In this document: piece by piece, positions 42,715-52,455 of the stretch
Layout of the letters: the number at the start of each line of letters is the position of its first letter
Numbering within the stretch: the first letter of the stretch is position 1
Assembly: GCA_034521815.1 (NCBI GenBank)
Contig: JAXHLW010000013.1
Span: forward strand, 864,001 to 928,000
Length of the DNA: 64,000 nt
Direction of reading: 5' to 3'
Origin: Trueperaceae bacterium
GTDB lineage: Bacteria; Deinococcota; Deinococci; Deinococcales; Trueperaceae
Position numbers and translations under genes: made by a program
Notes under the pieces: generated by a model
What the model was told of the DNA's origin: nothing
Databases searched by the model: none
What the model saw: the letters and a program-made list of their open reading frames with translations, nothing else

Positions 42715-44316
42715 ATGGCGCTCCCAGAACCGCGTGAGGCGACACTCGCGAACGACGCGGCCGTGGCCCGAGGCCCGGTCGACGAAGGCGCACGCGCCGC
42801 GATCCGTCGGGTGATCGAGGATCCGACGCTCGCCTATCGGCAACGCGTTCAGCAGCTCGCGGCCCAGGCCGAGGGCCTGCTCGAGATGCCGCCCGTCGGC
42901 GACGCCTGCCGCGCGGCGCAGGAGCAGCGGATCGTGTGCGACATGTACGAGGGCGCCGCCCCCTACCGACCGCGCTACCTCCTTCCCGACTACGCCAAGG
43001 CGCTCCGCGAGGGATCTGCGTACCTGGAGCTGCCGCCGCCCAACGATCTGAACGAGGCGCTCTGGTTCTTGGCGTCGATGTACGCGCACGTCCCGTCGAT
43101 CACCGGCTACCCGGTCTACCTGGGCGATCTCGACACCGTCCTCGCGCCGTACGTGGAGGGGATGAGCACCGAGCAGATCGTGCCGGTCCTGAGGCCGTTC
43201 TGGCGGGCGATCGACCGCACGGTTCCCGACGCGTTCGCGCACACCGACCTCGGTCCGCACGACACGCCGTTCGTGCGGGCCGTGCTGCACCTCGAGCGGG
43301 AGCTCACGCAGGTGGTGCCCAACGTCACCCTCAAGGTGCAGCCGGGCGTCACGCCGGACTCGCTGCTGCTCGACGCGGTGAGGACCGTGTTCGCGTGCGC
43401 CAAGCCGCACTTCGTGAACCACGAGATGATGGTCCGCGACCACGGCGAAGGCTACGCCGCGGTGAGCTGCTACAACTCGCTCAAGATCGGCGGCGGCTCG
43501 CACACGCTGGTCCGTCTGAACCTGCGCGAGGCGGTGGCCCGTCACCGCGGCTCGACCGAGAGCTTTTTCGCCGAGACCCTCCCCCGCTACGTCGAGCTCA
43601 CCTCCGAACTGATCGAGGCGCGGATCCGCTACCTGGTCGAGCGCGCCCGCTTCTTCGAGCACGACTGGCTGGTGCAGGAGGGGCTGGTCGACCTGGACCG
43701 GTTCTCCGCGATGTTCGGCGTCTTCGGCCTCGCGGAGGCGGTGGACCAGCTGATGGAGCGCGACGGCCACGCCGGTCGCTACGGCCACGACCCCGCCGCG
43801 AACGAGCTGTCGTACCGGATCACGCGCACCGTCGCAGCGCAGGTCGCCGGGCGCGAGCAGCCGTACTGCGACGGATTCGCCGGGCGCGCGATGATGCACG
43901 CGCAGTCGGGGATCGACAGCGACGTGGGCGTCACCGCCGGCACGCGCATTCCGATCGGGACCGAGCCGGACCTGTTCCAGCACCTGACGGCGGTCGCCCC
44001 GCATCACGAGCTGTTCGCGTCGGGCGTCAGCGACATCGTCCACTTCGACGACACGGCCAAGCGCAATCCGGAGGCGGTCGTCGACGTGATTCGCGGAGCG
44101 TTCGCGCAAGGCATGCGCGAGTTCACCTTCAATCTCGACTCGAACGAGTTCATCCGCATCACCGGCTACCTGGTGCGCAAGAGCGACCTGGAGCGCATCG
44201 AGGCCGGCGCTCGCCACGGCAGTACCTTCCTGGGCGCCGGCAACGAGGCCGAGGCGCACTGCTCGAGGCGCGCCAGCAAGCGGGTCGTCGCCGCCGAGCG
44301 GCTCGCCGGCTCGTGA
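42715..44316 (+). CDS. yjjI: YjjI-family glycyl radical enzyme (DUF3029)
   Basis: CDMYEGAAPYRPRYLLPDY, YAHVPSITGYPVYLG, CAKPHF, VSCYNSL..GGGSHTL, HAQSGI, RIPIGTEP, C-terminal RITGY. Confidence 0.92.
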   Translation: MALPEPREATLANDAAVARGPVDEGARAAIRRVIEDPTLAYRQRVQQLAAQAEGLLEMPPVGDACRAAQEQRIVCDMYEGAAPYRPRYLLPDYAKALREGSAYLELPPPNDLNEALWFLASMYAHVPSITGYPVYLGDLDTVLAPYVEGMSTEQIVPVLRPFWRAIDRTVPDAFAHTDLGPHDTPFVRAVLHLERELTQVVPNVTLKVQPGVTPDSLLLDAVRTVFACAKPHFVNHEMMVRDHGEGYAAVSCYNSLKIGGGSHTLVRLNLREAVARHRGSTESFFAETLPRYVELTSELIEARIRYLVERARFFEHDWLVQEGLVDLDRFSAMFGVFGLAEAVDQLMERDGHAGRYGHDPAANELSYRITRTVAAQVAGREQPYCDGFAGRAMMHAQSGIDSDVGVTAGTRIPIGTEPDLFQHLTAVAPHHELFASGVSDIVHFDDTAKRNPEAVVDVIRGAFAQGMREFTFNLDSNEFIRITGYLVRKSDLERIEAGARHGSTFLGAGNEAEAHCSRRASKRVVAAERLAGS

Positions 44317-45179
44317 CGAACGGCCCTCGGCCGGTCGAGGGCCTGGTCTCGGGAACGCTGCCGTTCTCCTCGGTCGACGGTCCCGGCAACCGGTTCGTCG
44401 CGTTCCTTCAGGGGTGCGACTTCGACTGCATCGCCTGCCACAACCCGTACACGATCGACGTCTGCGACGACTGCGGGATCTGCGTCGATCACTGCGACGC
44501 CGGAGCCTTGCACGTCGTGGGCGGCGCCGTGCGTTGGAACCCGCGGGCGTGCAGCGGCGGCGACGCCTGTATCGAGGTGTGTCCCCGCGACGCCACGCCC
44601 AAGACCCGCTCGCTGACCGCCGCCGAGCTGGTCGAGTTGGTCCGCGCCCCTGCGCCGTTCCTCTCGGGCGTCACGGTCTCGGGTGGGGAGGCGACGCGCC
44701 AGGCGACGTTCGTCGGCGCCTTCTTCTCGGCCCTGAAGGCCGACGACCGGCTGGCTGGTCTCACCCGCTTCGTGGACAGCAACGGCGCTGCTCCCCGCGA
44801 GGTCTGGGACGATCTCGACCCGGTCATGGACGGGGCGATGATCGACCTCAAGGCCCTCGATCCGGCGGTGCATCAGCGCATCACCGGTCGGCCCAACGAC
44901 GCCGTGCTGGCGTCGCTCCGGCTGCTGGCCCAGCGCGGCAAGCTGGTCGAGGTGCGGCTGTTGCTGCTGCCGGGCGCGAACGACACGCCCGATCAGCTGG
45001 CCCGGACCGCGGCGTGGCTGTGCGAGCTGGGTCCGGACCTTCCGGTCAAGGTGATCGGCTTCCGCGCACACGGCGTGCGTCCCGTGGCCCGGACTCTGCG
45101 CGAGCCCGGTCCCGACGAGATGGCCGGCTACGCCGATCGCCTTCGCGCCGGCGGCCTGCGCCGTCTGACCGTGGTGTAA
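44313..45179 (+). CDS. yjjW: YjjW-family glycyl-radical activating enzyme (radical SAM with ferredoxin insert)
   Basis: PFSSVDGPGNR, QGCDFDCIACHNP, CDDCGICVDHC, TVSGGEAT, DSNG, DLKA, GFRAHGV. Confidence 0.92.
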   Translation: MTNGPRPVEGLVSGTLPFSSVDGPGNRFVAFLQGCDFDCIACHNPYTIDVCDDCGICVDHCDAGALHVVGGAVRWNPRACSGGDACIEVCPRDATPKTRSLTAAELVELVRAPAPFLSGVTVSGGEATRQATFVGAFFSALKADDRLAGLTRFVDSNGAAPREVWDDLDPVMDGAMIDLKALDPAVHQRITGRPNDAVLASLRLLAQRGKLVEVRLLLLPGANDTPDQLARTAAWLCELGPDLPVKVIGFRAHGVRPVARTLREPGPDEMAGYADRLRAGGLRRLTVV

Positions 45180-45252
45180 GCCGGCCCCCGACCGACCGGT
45201 CGCCCGATCCGGGGCGACCCGCGACCTCCCGTAGACCTGCCCGACCCTGAAC

Positions 45253-45291
45253 CGAGCGACGACCCGTGGCCCCGCCGCGGGTCGTCGCTCG
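45253..45291 (+). terminator. Hairpin downstream of yjjW
   Basis: CGAGCGACGACCCGTGG..CCGCGGGTCGTCGCTCG. Confidence 0.55.
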
Positions 45292-45399
45292 TCCTCGTCG
45301 AGGCTTCGTCTTGGAGGCTACGTCTACGAGGCTTCGTCCGCGGATCGTCGCGTGCCGGTGGGAGCATCGTGGCAAATCGGTCACACTTTTCTAGCTGCG

Positions 45400-45440
45400 G
45401 TGGAGAAGTGTGGGAAACCGTGGGAAATTCGTGCTAGACT
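45400..45440 (+). promoter_or_regulatory. dcw promoter with MraZ-binding direct repeats
   Basis: GTGGAG/GTGGGA/GTGGGA at 45400, 45410 and 45420 (10-bp period), followed by -10 TAGACT 45435-45440. Confidence 0.8.
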
Positions 45441-45542
45441 CGACCATCGCGGGGGAAGCCCGTCCACGACGACTCCGAGCCGGGACGCGACCTGCCCGCG
45501 CGGAGGGACGAGGCGCACGCCGCGGGGGGAGACGAGGCATCG

Positions 45543-45980
45543 ATGCCGTTCGGCGAGCACCAGTACGCGGTGGACGACAAGGGACGCGTCATCGTGCCCC
45601 CTCCGTTCCGCGAGTTCGTCGAAGACGGAATGGTCGTCACCCGTGGCATGGAGGGGTGCCTGTACGTGTTCCCCATCGCAGCCTGGCGCCGCATCGAAGC
45701 TCGCCTCGAGGAGCTCCCGCTGACCGACCGTGACGCCCGCGCCTTCGTTCGGTTCTTCTACTCGGGCGCGTCCAAGGCCAAGCTCGACGCGGCAGGCCGC
45801 ATCACCGTTCCCGCCACCCTCCGCGCCTTCGCCGAGGTCGACGCCGCCCACGGCTCGGTGATCGTGGCCGGAGCGCCCAACCGGCTCGAGCTCTGGAACG
45901 AGCAGCGTTGGCAGAACGCCCTGGCAGAAGTGCAGACCCAGCCGCCCGCGCCCGACCTGCTCTCGGAGCTGATCGGATGA
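45543..45980 (+). CDS. mraZ: Division/cell wall cluster regulator MraZ
   Basis: FGEHQYAVDDKGRVIVP, TRGMEGCL, LDAAGRI, RLELW. Confidence 0.96.
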   Translation: MPFGEHQYAVDDKGRVIVPPPFREFVEDGMVVTRGMEGCLYVFPIAAWRRIEARLEELPLTDRDARAFVRFFYSGASKAKLDAAGRITVPATLRAFAEVDAAHGSVIVAGAPNRLELWNEQRWQNALAEVQTQPPAPDLLSELIG

Positions 45981-46843
45981 CGCCCGCAGCGGACCACCTC
46001 CCTGTGATGGCCGCCGCCTGCCTCGAAGCGCTGCGACCCGGTCCGGGCATGTGGATCGTCGACGCGACCTTCGGCGCCGGCGGTCACACCCGCGCCCTGC
46101 TGGACGCCGGAGCGAACGTGTTCGCGATCGACCGGGATCCCCGCGCCGCCCAGCGCGCGGCCGCGATCGGATCCGACCGCCTGCACCTCGAGCACGGCGA
46201 CTTTCGTGACCTCGAGCGGATGCTGGCCACGCACCGGATTCCCGCTCCGGACGGGATCCTGATGGATCTCGGCGTGTCGTCGATGCAGCTCGACGAGGCC
46301 GAGCGCGGCTTCGCGTTCCGACACGACGGGCCCCTGGACATGCGGATGAGCTCGGAAGGCCGCAGCGCCGCCGACCTCGTCGCCGACGCCAGCGAGGCCG
46401 AGCTGGCCGCCCTCCTCTACCGCTACGGCGAGGAACGCCACAGCCGCCGGATCGCACGCGCCATCGTCGCCGCACGCGACGAGGCCCCCATCCTCACGAC
46501 CGAACGGCTGACCGAGGTGGTCCGGGCCGCGTACCCGTCCGGACCCCGCCGCGATCACCCGGCCCGCCGCACCTTCCAGGCGCTTCGCATCGTCGTCAAC
46601 GACGAGCTGGGCGCGCTCGAGGAGGGTCTCGAGGCGGCCGCGCGGGTCTTGGCGCCCGGTGGGCGACTGGTGGTCCTCGCCTACCACAGCCTCGAGGACC
46701 GGATCGTCAAGCACTTCCTGCGCGGGTCGAGCCGCATGACGCCGCTCACCAAGCGTCCCGTCGTCGCGACCGACGAGGAGACCCGCGCCAACCCCCGTGC
46801 CCGGGCGGCCAAGCTGCGCATCGCGGAACGGGCGGCGACGTGA
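45977..46843 (+). CDS. rsmH: 16S rRNA m4C1402 methyltransferase
   Basis: HLPVM, DATFGAGGH, DLGVSSMQLD, DGPLDMRM, FQALRIVVN, YHSLEDR, NPRARAAKLR. Confidence 0.96.
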   Translation: MTPAADHLPVMAAACLEALRPGPGMWIVDATFGAGGHTRALLDAGANVFAIDRDPRAAQRAAAIGSDRLHLEHGDFRDLERMLATHRIPAPDGILMDLGVSSMQLDEAERGFAFRHDGPLDMRMSSEGRSAADLVADASEAELAALLYRYGEERHSRRIARAIVAARDEAPILTTERLTEVVRAAYPSGPRRDHPARRTFQALRIVVNDELGALEEGLEAAARVLAPGGRLVVLAYHSLEDRIVKHFLRGSSRMTPLTKRPVVATDEETRANPRARAAKLRIAERAAT

Positions 46844-47163
46844 TCCGGCGCGCGATCCGGGCCGTGCCCGTCTACGTCGCCATGATGCTGGCGCTCGCCG
46901 CGCTGGGCGCCGTGAACCAGGGGCTGCTGGACCGCGAGCTGACCCTGATGGAGCAGCGCGAAGCCACGCGCCGCGAGATCGTCGAGCTGCGCGCCCGCGC
47001 TGCCGCCGTGCAAGGCCCCCTGGCCGTCGCCCGCTGGGCCCAGGAGCACGGCATGGTTCCCGCCCCCGAGATCGAGACCGTCGAGCACGTGATGCCGCTG
47101 CCGGCCCCGCGCCCCCTGGCGCCCGAGCCCACCGGCTTGGAGGTGCGAACGCAATGGCGTTGA
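46840..47163 (+). CDS. ftsL: FtsL-like cell division protein
   Basis: Position between rsmH and ftsI; single TM plus coiled coil. Confidence 0.6.
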   Translation: MIRRAIRAVPVYVAMMLALAALGAVNQGLLDRELTLMEQREATRREIVELRARAAAVQGPLAVARWAQEHGMVPAPEIETVEHVMPLPAPRPLAPEPTGLEVRTQWR

Positions 47164-48560
47164 GACGCGCGATCCAACCGTCCCCTGCCCTGGAGCTGCG
47201 CTTGGCGCGGCGTCCCCTGCTGCTGCTGCTGATCGCGTTGCCCCTGCTGGCCGCGCTCGCGGGCTTCGGGATGCAGCAGGGCGGAGCACCGACCTGGCCC
47301 ACGCCGCCCGTGATCGCGCCCGAGCGCGGCCGTATCCTGGCCAGCGACGGAACCGTCCTGGCCGAAGGGGACGTGGCGTCCCGCCACTACCCGCAAGGCC
47401 CGCTGGCCGCGCACGTCGTCGGGTTCTCAGGCGCGGTGCAGCCGGACGGACGCTACGGCCTCGAGGGGGTCGAGTACACGCTGGACACACGGCTCCAAGC
47501 CGGATTCGACGCCACGCTCACGATCGACCCGATCCTGCAAGCCGCCGCCGAGCGTCAGCTCGCAGCCGCCGTCGTCGCGAGCGGCGCCGAGAACGGCAGC
47601 GTCGTGATGCTCGAGGTGGGGACCGGCCGGATCCTGACGGCCGCGAGCTACCCCACGTTCGACCCGAACCGGCAGGGCCAGTACGGCCGGGACGCCATCG
47701 CCAACCAGGCGTTCCTGCGCCACTACGAGCCCGGCTCGGTGATGAAGCCGTTCGTCATCGCCGCCTTGCTGCAAAGCGGTCGGCTGGTGCCCAGCGAGAC
47801 GGTGGACGCGCCCCCCACCCTGCGCGTGGGCGACAAGACGTTCCGCGACGTCGCACGTCACCCGGACGTGCTCGAGGTGCGCGACGTGCTCCGCTACAGC
47901 AGCAACACCGCGATGATGAACCTGACGGAGCGGTTCGAGCCCAGCGAGCTCCACGCCTGGCTTCGCCACTACGGGTTCGGGCAGTCGCTGCCGATCCGCT
48001 CGGCGTACACCAGGCCCGGGTTGCTGAACCCGTGGCAGGAGTGGGTCCCGCAGGACCAGGCCTCGGTCACGATCGGTCAGAGCGTCGCGACGACGCCGCT
48101 GCAGCTGGCCGCCGCGTACGCCATCTTCGCGAACGACGGCGTCTACGTCCCCCCGCGCCTGGTCGCGGACGAAGCGAGCCCCGAGCCGTACCGCGTCCTG
48201 TCGAGCGAGGTGGCCCGCACCGTGCGCGGCATGCTGCGCTACACCGTCGAGGAGAGCGGGCTGCGGAGCTCCCGGATCCCTGGCGTGGCCGTGGCGGGCA
48301 AGACCGGCACCGCCGACATCTACTCGCCCGAGCAGGGCACGTACCCCGAGGGCTGGTACTCGCTGACGTTCGCCGGCATGTTCCCGGCCGAGCAGCCACG
48401 CGTGGTCATGGTCGTCATGCTGCAGAAACCGACCGAGAGCTCGTCCAGCACGTACGTCGCCGCGCCGCTGTTCCGGGCGATCGGGAGCGAGATCGTCGCG
48501 CACTGGGGCGTCGCGCCCGAGCCGGAGCGGCTGGCCGGAACCCCCGCCACGAGCCCGTGA
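47154..48560 (+). CDS. ftsI: Class B penicillin-binding protein (FtsI-like)
   Basis: PERGRILASDG, YEPGSVMK (SxxK), YSSN (SxN), GKTGT. Confidence 0.9.
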   Translation: MALRRAIQPSPALELRLARRPLLLLLIALPLLAALAGFGMQQGGAPTWPTPPVIAPERGRILASDGTVLAEGDVASRHYPQGPLAAHVVGFSGAVQPDGRYGLEGVEYTLDTRLQAGFDATLTIDPILQAAAERQLAAAVVASGAENGSVVMLEVGTGRILTAASYPTFDPNRQGQYGRDAIANQAFLRHYEPGSVMKPFVIAALLQSGRLVPSETVDAPPTLRVGDKTFRDVARHPDVLEVRDVLRYSSNTAMMNLTERFEPSELHAWLRHYGFGQSLPIRSAYTRPGLLNPWQEWVPQDQASVTIGQSVATTPLQLAAAYAIFANDGVYVPPRLVADEASPEPYRVLSSEVARTVRGMLRYTVEESGLRSSRIPGVAVAGKTGTADIYSPEQGTYPEGWYSLTFAGMFPAEQPRVVMVVMLQKPTESSSSTYVAAPLFRAIGSEIVAHWGVAPEPERLAGTPATSP

Positions 48561-48630
48561 CGAGCGCCGTCCGCTCCGTTCCGTCCGCGTGGCGCGCCGC
48601 CACGAGGACGGGTACCGTACGCATCGTCCG

Positions 48631-50091
48631 ATGACCCTCTCCGGCTCCCCACACCACGCACGGCTCTCGGCAGCGGCTCTCGCCGAGCTGATCGGCGCCG
48701 CCGCGCCGTCCGACCCCCGGGTCCCCGTCTCCGGAGCGACGCACCACAGCGGCCGCGTCCGGCCCGGCGACGCGTTCTTCGCGCTTCCCGGCGCGGACCA
48801 CCACGGCATCGTGCACGCCGACGCGGCGTTGAGCGCCGGCGCGGCGCTGATCGTCTCCGACCGCCCCCATCCGATGGGGCTCGCCGTGGCCGATCCGGGC
48901 GCGGCGCTGCTGCGACTGGGTCGGTTCGCTCGGGGTCGCCTGACCGGTCCGGTGGTGGGCGTGACCGGATCGGCGGGCAAGACCACCGCTCGCGCCCTGC
49001 TGGCCGCGGCGCTGGACGCAGAGGCGTCGGAAGGCAACCTGAACACGCCCCACGCGCTGGCCGGTCGGCTGGTGCGGGCCTGGAACGACGACGCCGGCCG
49101 GCCGCTGGTGCTGGAGCTGGGCATCGACCGGATCGGCGAGATGGCCGAGCTCACCGAGCTGGTCCGCCCCGACGTCGGGCTGATCACCAGCATCGCCGCC
49201 AGCCACCTGGACGGCCTTCGCGACGAGGCGACCGTCGCCCACGAGAAGGCCGGACTGCTCCGGGCCGCTCCGCGCGGCCTGGCCGCGGACGCCGCCTGGG
49301 GCACCCTGCCGCGTGAGCTGTCGGATCGAATCGTCCGTTACGGGCTGTCCGGGGGCGCTCCGGGCGACGCTCCCGGCGACGCTCCCGGGGACGCCCTCTG
49401 GCGCGCGCGCCTGCAAGGCGGAAACGCCGACGACCGACCTCGCGACGGCGACGCACTCGACGGCGACGCGCTCGACGGCGACGCGCTCGACGGCGACGCC
49501 GTCCTCGGCGATCCGTTCGCGCCGGTGCTGATCCTCGAGCGCCCGGAGCGGCATCGTGGCGTGCGCGTCAGGCTGCCCGGCGTGGGGCGTGGTCTGGCCG
49601 AGAGCGCGGTGGGCGCTTTGGCGACCGCCGCGCTGTTGGGCGTTCCGCTGGACGCGGCCGCGCGTCGTCTCGAGGGCGCCGCTCTGGAGCCCGGCCGCCT
49701 TCAGCTCAGGCGGCTCGGCTCCCTCACGGTCATCGACGACAGCTACAACGCCAACCCCGTCTCGGCACGTCAGGCCCTCGAGCTGCTTCGCGCCGCACCG
49801 GCCCCACGCGTCGCGGTGCTGGGCGAGATGCTGGAGCTCGGCGACGACGCCGCCCGTTATCACCGAGCGCTGGGCGAGGCGACGCGGGGCCTCGAGCTGG
49901 TCCTGTTCCACGGACCGCACGGCGACGCGGTGCGGAGCGGCAACCCGGAAGCCCAGGTGCTGGACGATGCCACGATCCGTGCGTCGGTATCACGACTCCC
50001 GCGCGAGGGCACGATCCTGATCAAGGCGTCACGCGGCATGCGCTTCGAACGCCTGGTGGCGGCCCTGACCGAGAGCGAGCCGGCGTCGTGA
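48631..50091 (+). CDS. murF: UDP-MurNAc-tripeptide--D-Ala-D-Ala ligase
   Basis: GVTGSAGKTT, GNLN, LELG, HEKA, IDDSYNANP, LGEMLELG, KASRG. Confidence 0.92.
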   Translation: MTLSGSPHHARLSAAALAELIGAAAPSDPRVPVSGATHHSGRVRPGDAFFALPGADHHGIVHADAALSAGAALIVSDRPHPMGLAVADPGAALLRLGRFARGRLTGPVVGVTGSAGKTTARALLAAALDAEASEGNLNTPHALAGRLVRAWNDDAGRPLVLELGIDRIGEMAELTELVRPDVGLITSIAASHLDGLRDEATVAHEKAGLLRAAPRGLAADAAWGTLPRELSDRIVRYGLSGGAPGDAPGDAPGDALWRARLQGGNADDRPRDGDALDGDALDGDALDGDAVLGDPFAPVLILERPERHRGVRVRLPGVGRGLAESAVGALATAALLGVPLDAAARRLEGAALEPGRLQLRRLGSLTVIDDSYNANPVSARQALELLRAAPAPRVAVLGEMLELGDDAARYHRALGEATRGLELVLFHGPHGDAVRSGNPEAQVLDDATIRASVSRLPREGTILIKASRGMRFERLVAALTESEPAS

Positions 50092-51068
50092 GCGTGGCCG
50101 GGCTGATGGCGACCACCGCGCTGCTGGGCTGGCTGGCCACCGGCGTGTTCCTGTCGCTGGCCAGGACGCGGGGCTGGGGCAAGGCCGTGCGGCGCGACGG
50201 GCCCGCCGGACATCTCGTCAAGGAGGGCACCCCGACGATGGGGGGCGCCCCGTTCATGGCCGCCGCCGTGGTGATCATGGCGGCCGCGCTGGGCAGCGGC
50301 GCGGTCGTTCCGGCGTCGCTGCCTGGACGTGCGACCCCGGTTCCGTCAGACCTCGCCGGCGTGGGCGGCTGGGCGGTCGTCGCGCTCATCGTGGCCGCGG
50401 CGGCGCTGGGGCTGTGGGACGACCTCGCGTCGCTGCGGCGCAAACGGTCGCTGGCCGCGGGCCTCGACGCCTCGACCGGCGTGCTGGCCCGCTGGCGTCT
50501 CGTCGGACAGGGGGCCGCCGCGCTGGCGTTCTCGATCTGGGCGGTCGCCAGCGGGCGCGAGATGGTCGGGGTGCCGTGGCTGGACGTGCTGGCGTTCGCG
50601 TTCGTGATCGTGGGCACGATCAACGCGCTCAACATGACCGACGGTCTGGACGGCCTCGCCGCCGGGGTGACGGCCACGATGCTGCTGGCGTTCTGGGGCG
50701 ATCCCCTCGCCGCGGCGTTGCTGGGCGCGCTCCTCGGCTTCCTCTGGTTCAACGCGCACCCCGCACGGCTGTTCATGGGCGGCGTCGGCGCCGAGGCGTT
50801 GGGCGCCGCGATCGCCGGGCTGGCCATCGTGCACGGCGACGTGTGGAGGATCCCGATCCTGGCGATCGTCCCCCTGGCCGAAATCGTGTCGGTGATCGTT
50901 CAGGTCGCCTGGTTCCGCGCGACCGGCGGCCGCCGACTGCTTCGCATGAGTCCCCTGCACCACCATTTCGAGCTGTCCGGCTGGCCCGAGACCCGCGTCG
51001 TCCTACGCTTCTGGATCGTGACCGCGCTCGCGACCGCTGTGGCCGTCGCCTCGCGCTCGTGGTGGTGA
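50088..51068 (+). CDS. mraY: Phospho-MurNAc-pentapeptide transferase
   Basis: KEGTPTMGG, WDD, NALNMTDGLDGLA, NAHPARLFMG, MSPLHHHFEL. Confidence 0.95.
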   Translation: MSVAGLMATTALLGWLATGVFLSLARTRGWGKAVRRDGPAGHLVKEGTPTMGGAPFMAAAVVIMAAALGSGAVVPASLPGRATPVPSDLAGVGGWAVVALIVAAAALGLWDDLASLRRKRSLAAGLDASTGVLARWRLVGQGAAALAFSIWAVASGREMVGVPWLDVLAFAFVIVGTINALNMTDGLDGLAAGVTATMLLAFWGDPLAAALLGALLGFLWFNAHPARLFMGGVGAEALGAAIAGLAIVHGDVWRIPILAIVPLAEIVSVIVQVAWFRATGGRRLLRMSPLHHHFELSGWPETRVVLRFWIVTALATAVAVASRSWW

Positions 51069-51114
51069 GCTCGCCGTGGTGAGCTTGCCGTGGTGACTTT
51101 GCCGTGGTGACCTC
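51062..51114. repeat. 14-bp tandem repeat x~3.8 (GTGGTGAGCTCGCC) spanning the mraY stop to the murD start
   Basis: Units at 51062, 51076, 51090 and 51104. Confidence 0.9.
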
Positions 51115-52455
51115 GTGAAGGTGCTGCTGTACGGCCTGGGGCGCAGCGGCTTGGCGGCCGGCCGGCTGCTGCACCGTCAGGGCCACGAGCCGGTCTGGTA
51201 CGACCAGCACCTGGAAGGTGCCGGCGTGCTCGAGGCCAGGCGAGCGGGCTGGCGATGGGCCGACGATCCGCTGGCCAGCGGCGCCGACCTGTGCATCGCC
51301 GCGCCCGGCGTGCCGATCGATCACCCCGACCTCGTGCGCCTACGGGCGGCCGGCACCGAGACGATCGGCGAGGTCGAGTGGGTCGCTCGCACCGTCGATG
51401 CGCCGATCCTGGGCGTCACCGGGACGGCCGGGAAGGGAACCGTGACCCGCTGGACGGAGGCGATGCTTCACGCTGCCGGAATCGACGCGGTCGCGGGCGG
51501 GAACCTCGATCCGGCGCTCTCGGCCGTCGCCGAGCCGGGCCTGTGGCTGGTGACCGAGCTGTCGTCGTTCCAGCTGGAGCGCTGCCCGACCCTGCACCCC
51601 CGCGTCGCGGTGGTGACGGTCCTGGGGCGCGACCACCTCGATCGCCACGGCGACCTGGCCACCTACCACGCGCTCAAGCGGAGCTTGCTGACGCACCTCG
51701 GGCCCGACGACACGGCCGTGCTGAACGCCGACGATCCGCTGCAGGACGCGTGGGGACGGGATACGCCGGCGCGGGTCGCGCGCTACGGCCTGACCTCGCC
51801 GACCGCGTACGCCCGCATCGACGTGGGGCGCGTCCTGCTGGGAGACCACGATCTCGGTCCGGTTTCGGCGCTGGGGCCGCCCGGCCGGCACCAGCGCTCC
51901 AACCTGCTCGCCGCCGCCGCGGCGGCGGAGGCGGCCGGCGCGGACCCGGACGCCATCGCCGCCACGATCCCCACGCTGACCTCGGCGCCGGGTCGGCACG
52001 AGCTCGTCACAGAGAGCTGCGGCGTCCGCTTCGTCGACGATTCGATCGCCACGCGCGAGCTCGCCGTCGCAGCGGCGCTCGAAGCGGCGACGCCCCCGAT
52101 CGCCTGGATCGTCGGAGGCCGCGACAAGGGCGCGGACCCGGACGCCGTGCGGACGCTGGTTCCTGGACGCGTGGCCCAGCTGATCGGGATCGGCGAGGCC
52201 GGCCCCCGCTTCGTCCAGGCGTTCGCGCAGGAGGCGCCCGGCCGGATCGTTCCGGACGCGGACGGACGCGCCGCGATGGCCGCCGCCGTGCGCATCGGCG
52301 CGGAAACGGTCCGGGCGCGTGGCGGTGGCACGGTGCTGCTGGCGCCTCTGGCGGCGTCGTTCGATCAGTTCCGTGATCACGAGGCGCGCGGACGCGCGTT
52401 CCGCGACGCGGTGCTCGCGCTCGCCGGGGAGGTGCCGTGGACCGCCTGCTCCTGA
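51115..52455 (+). CDS. murD: UDP-MurNAc-L-Ala--D-Glu ligase
   Basis: YGLGRSG, APGV, GVTGTAGK, ELSSFQLE, DHLDRH, DDSIAT, GGRDKG, ASFDQF. Confidence 0.94.
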   Translation: MKVLLYGLGRSGLAAGRLLHRQGHEPVWYDQHLEGAGVLEARRAGWRWADDPLASGADLCIAAPGVPIDHPDLVRLRAAGTETIGEVEWVARTVDAPILGVTGTAGKGTVTRWTEAMLHAAGIDAVAGGNLDPALSAVAEPGLWLVTELSSFQLERCPTLHPRVAVVTVLGRDHLDRHGDLATYHALKRSLLTHLGPDDTAVLNADDPLQDAWGRDTPARVARYGLTSPTAYARIDVGRVLLGDHDLGPVSALGPPGRHQRSNLLAAAAAAEAAGADPDAIAATIPTLTSAPGRHELVTESCGVRFVDDSIATRELAVAAALEAATPPIAWIVGGRDKGADPDAVRTLVPGRVAQLIGIGEAGPRFVQAFAQEAPGRIVPDADGRAAMAAAVRIGAETVRARGGGTVLLAPLAASFDQFRDHEARGRAFRDAVLALAGEVPWTACS

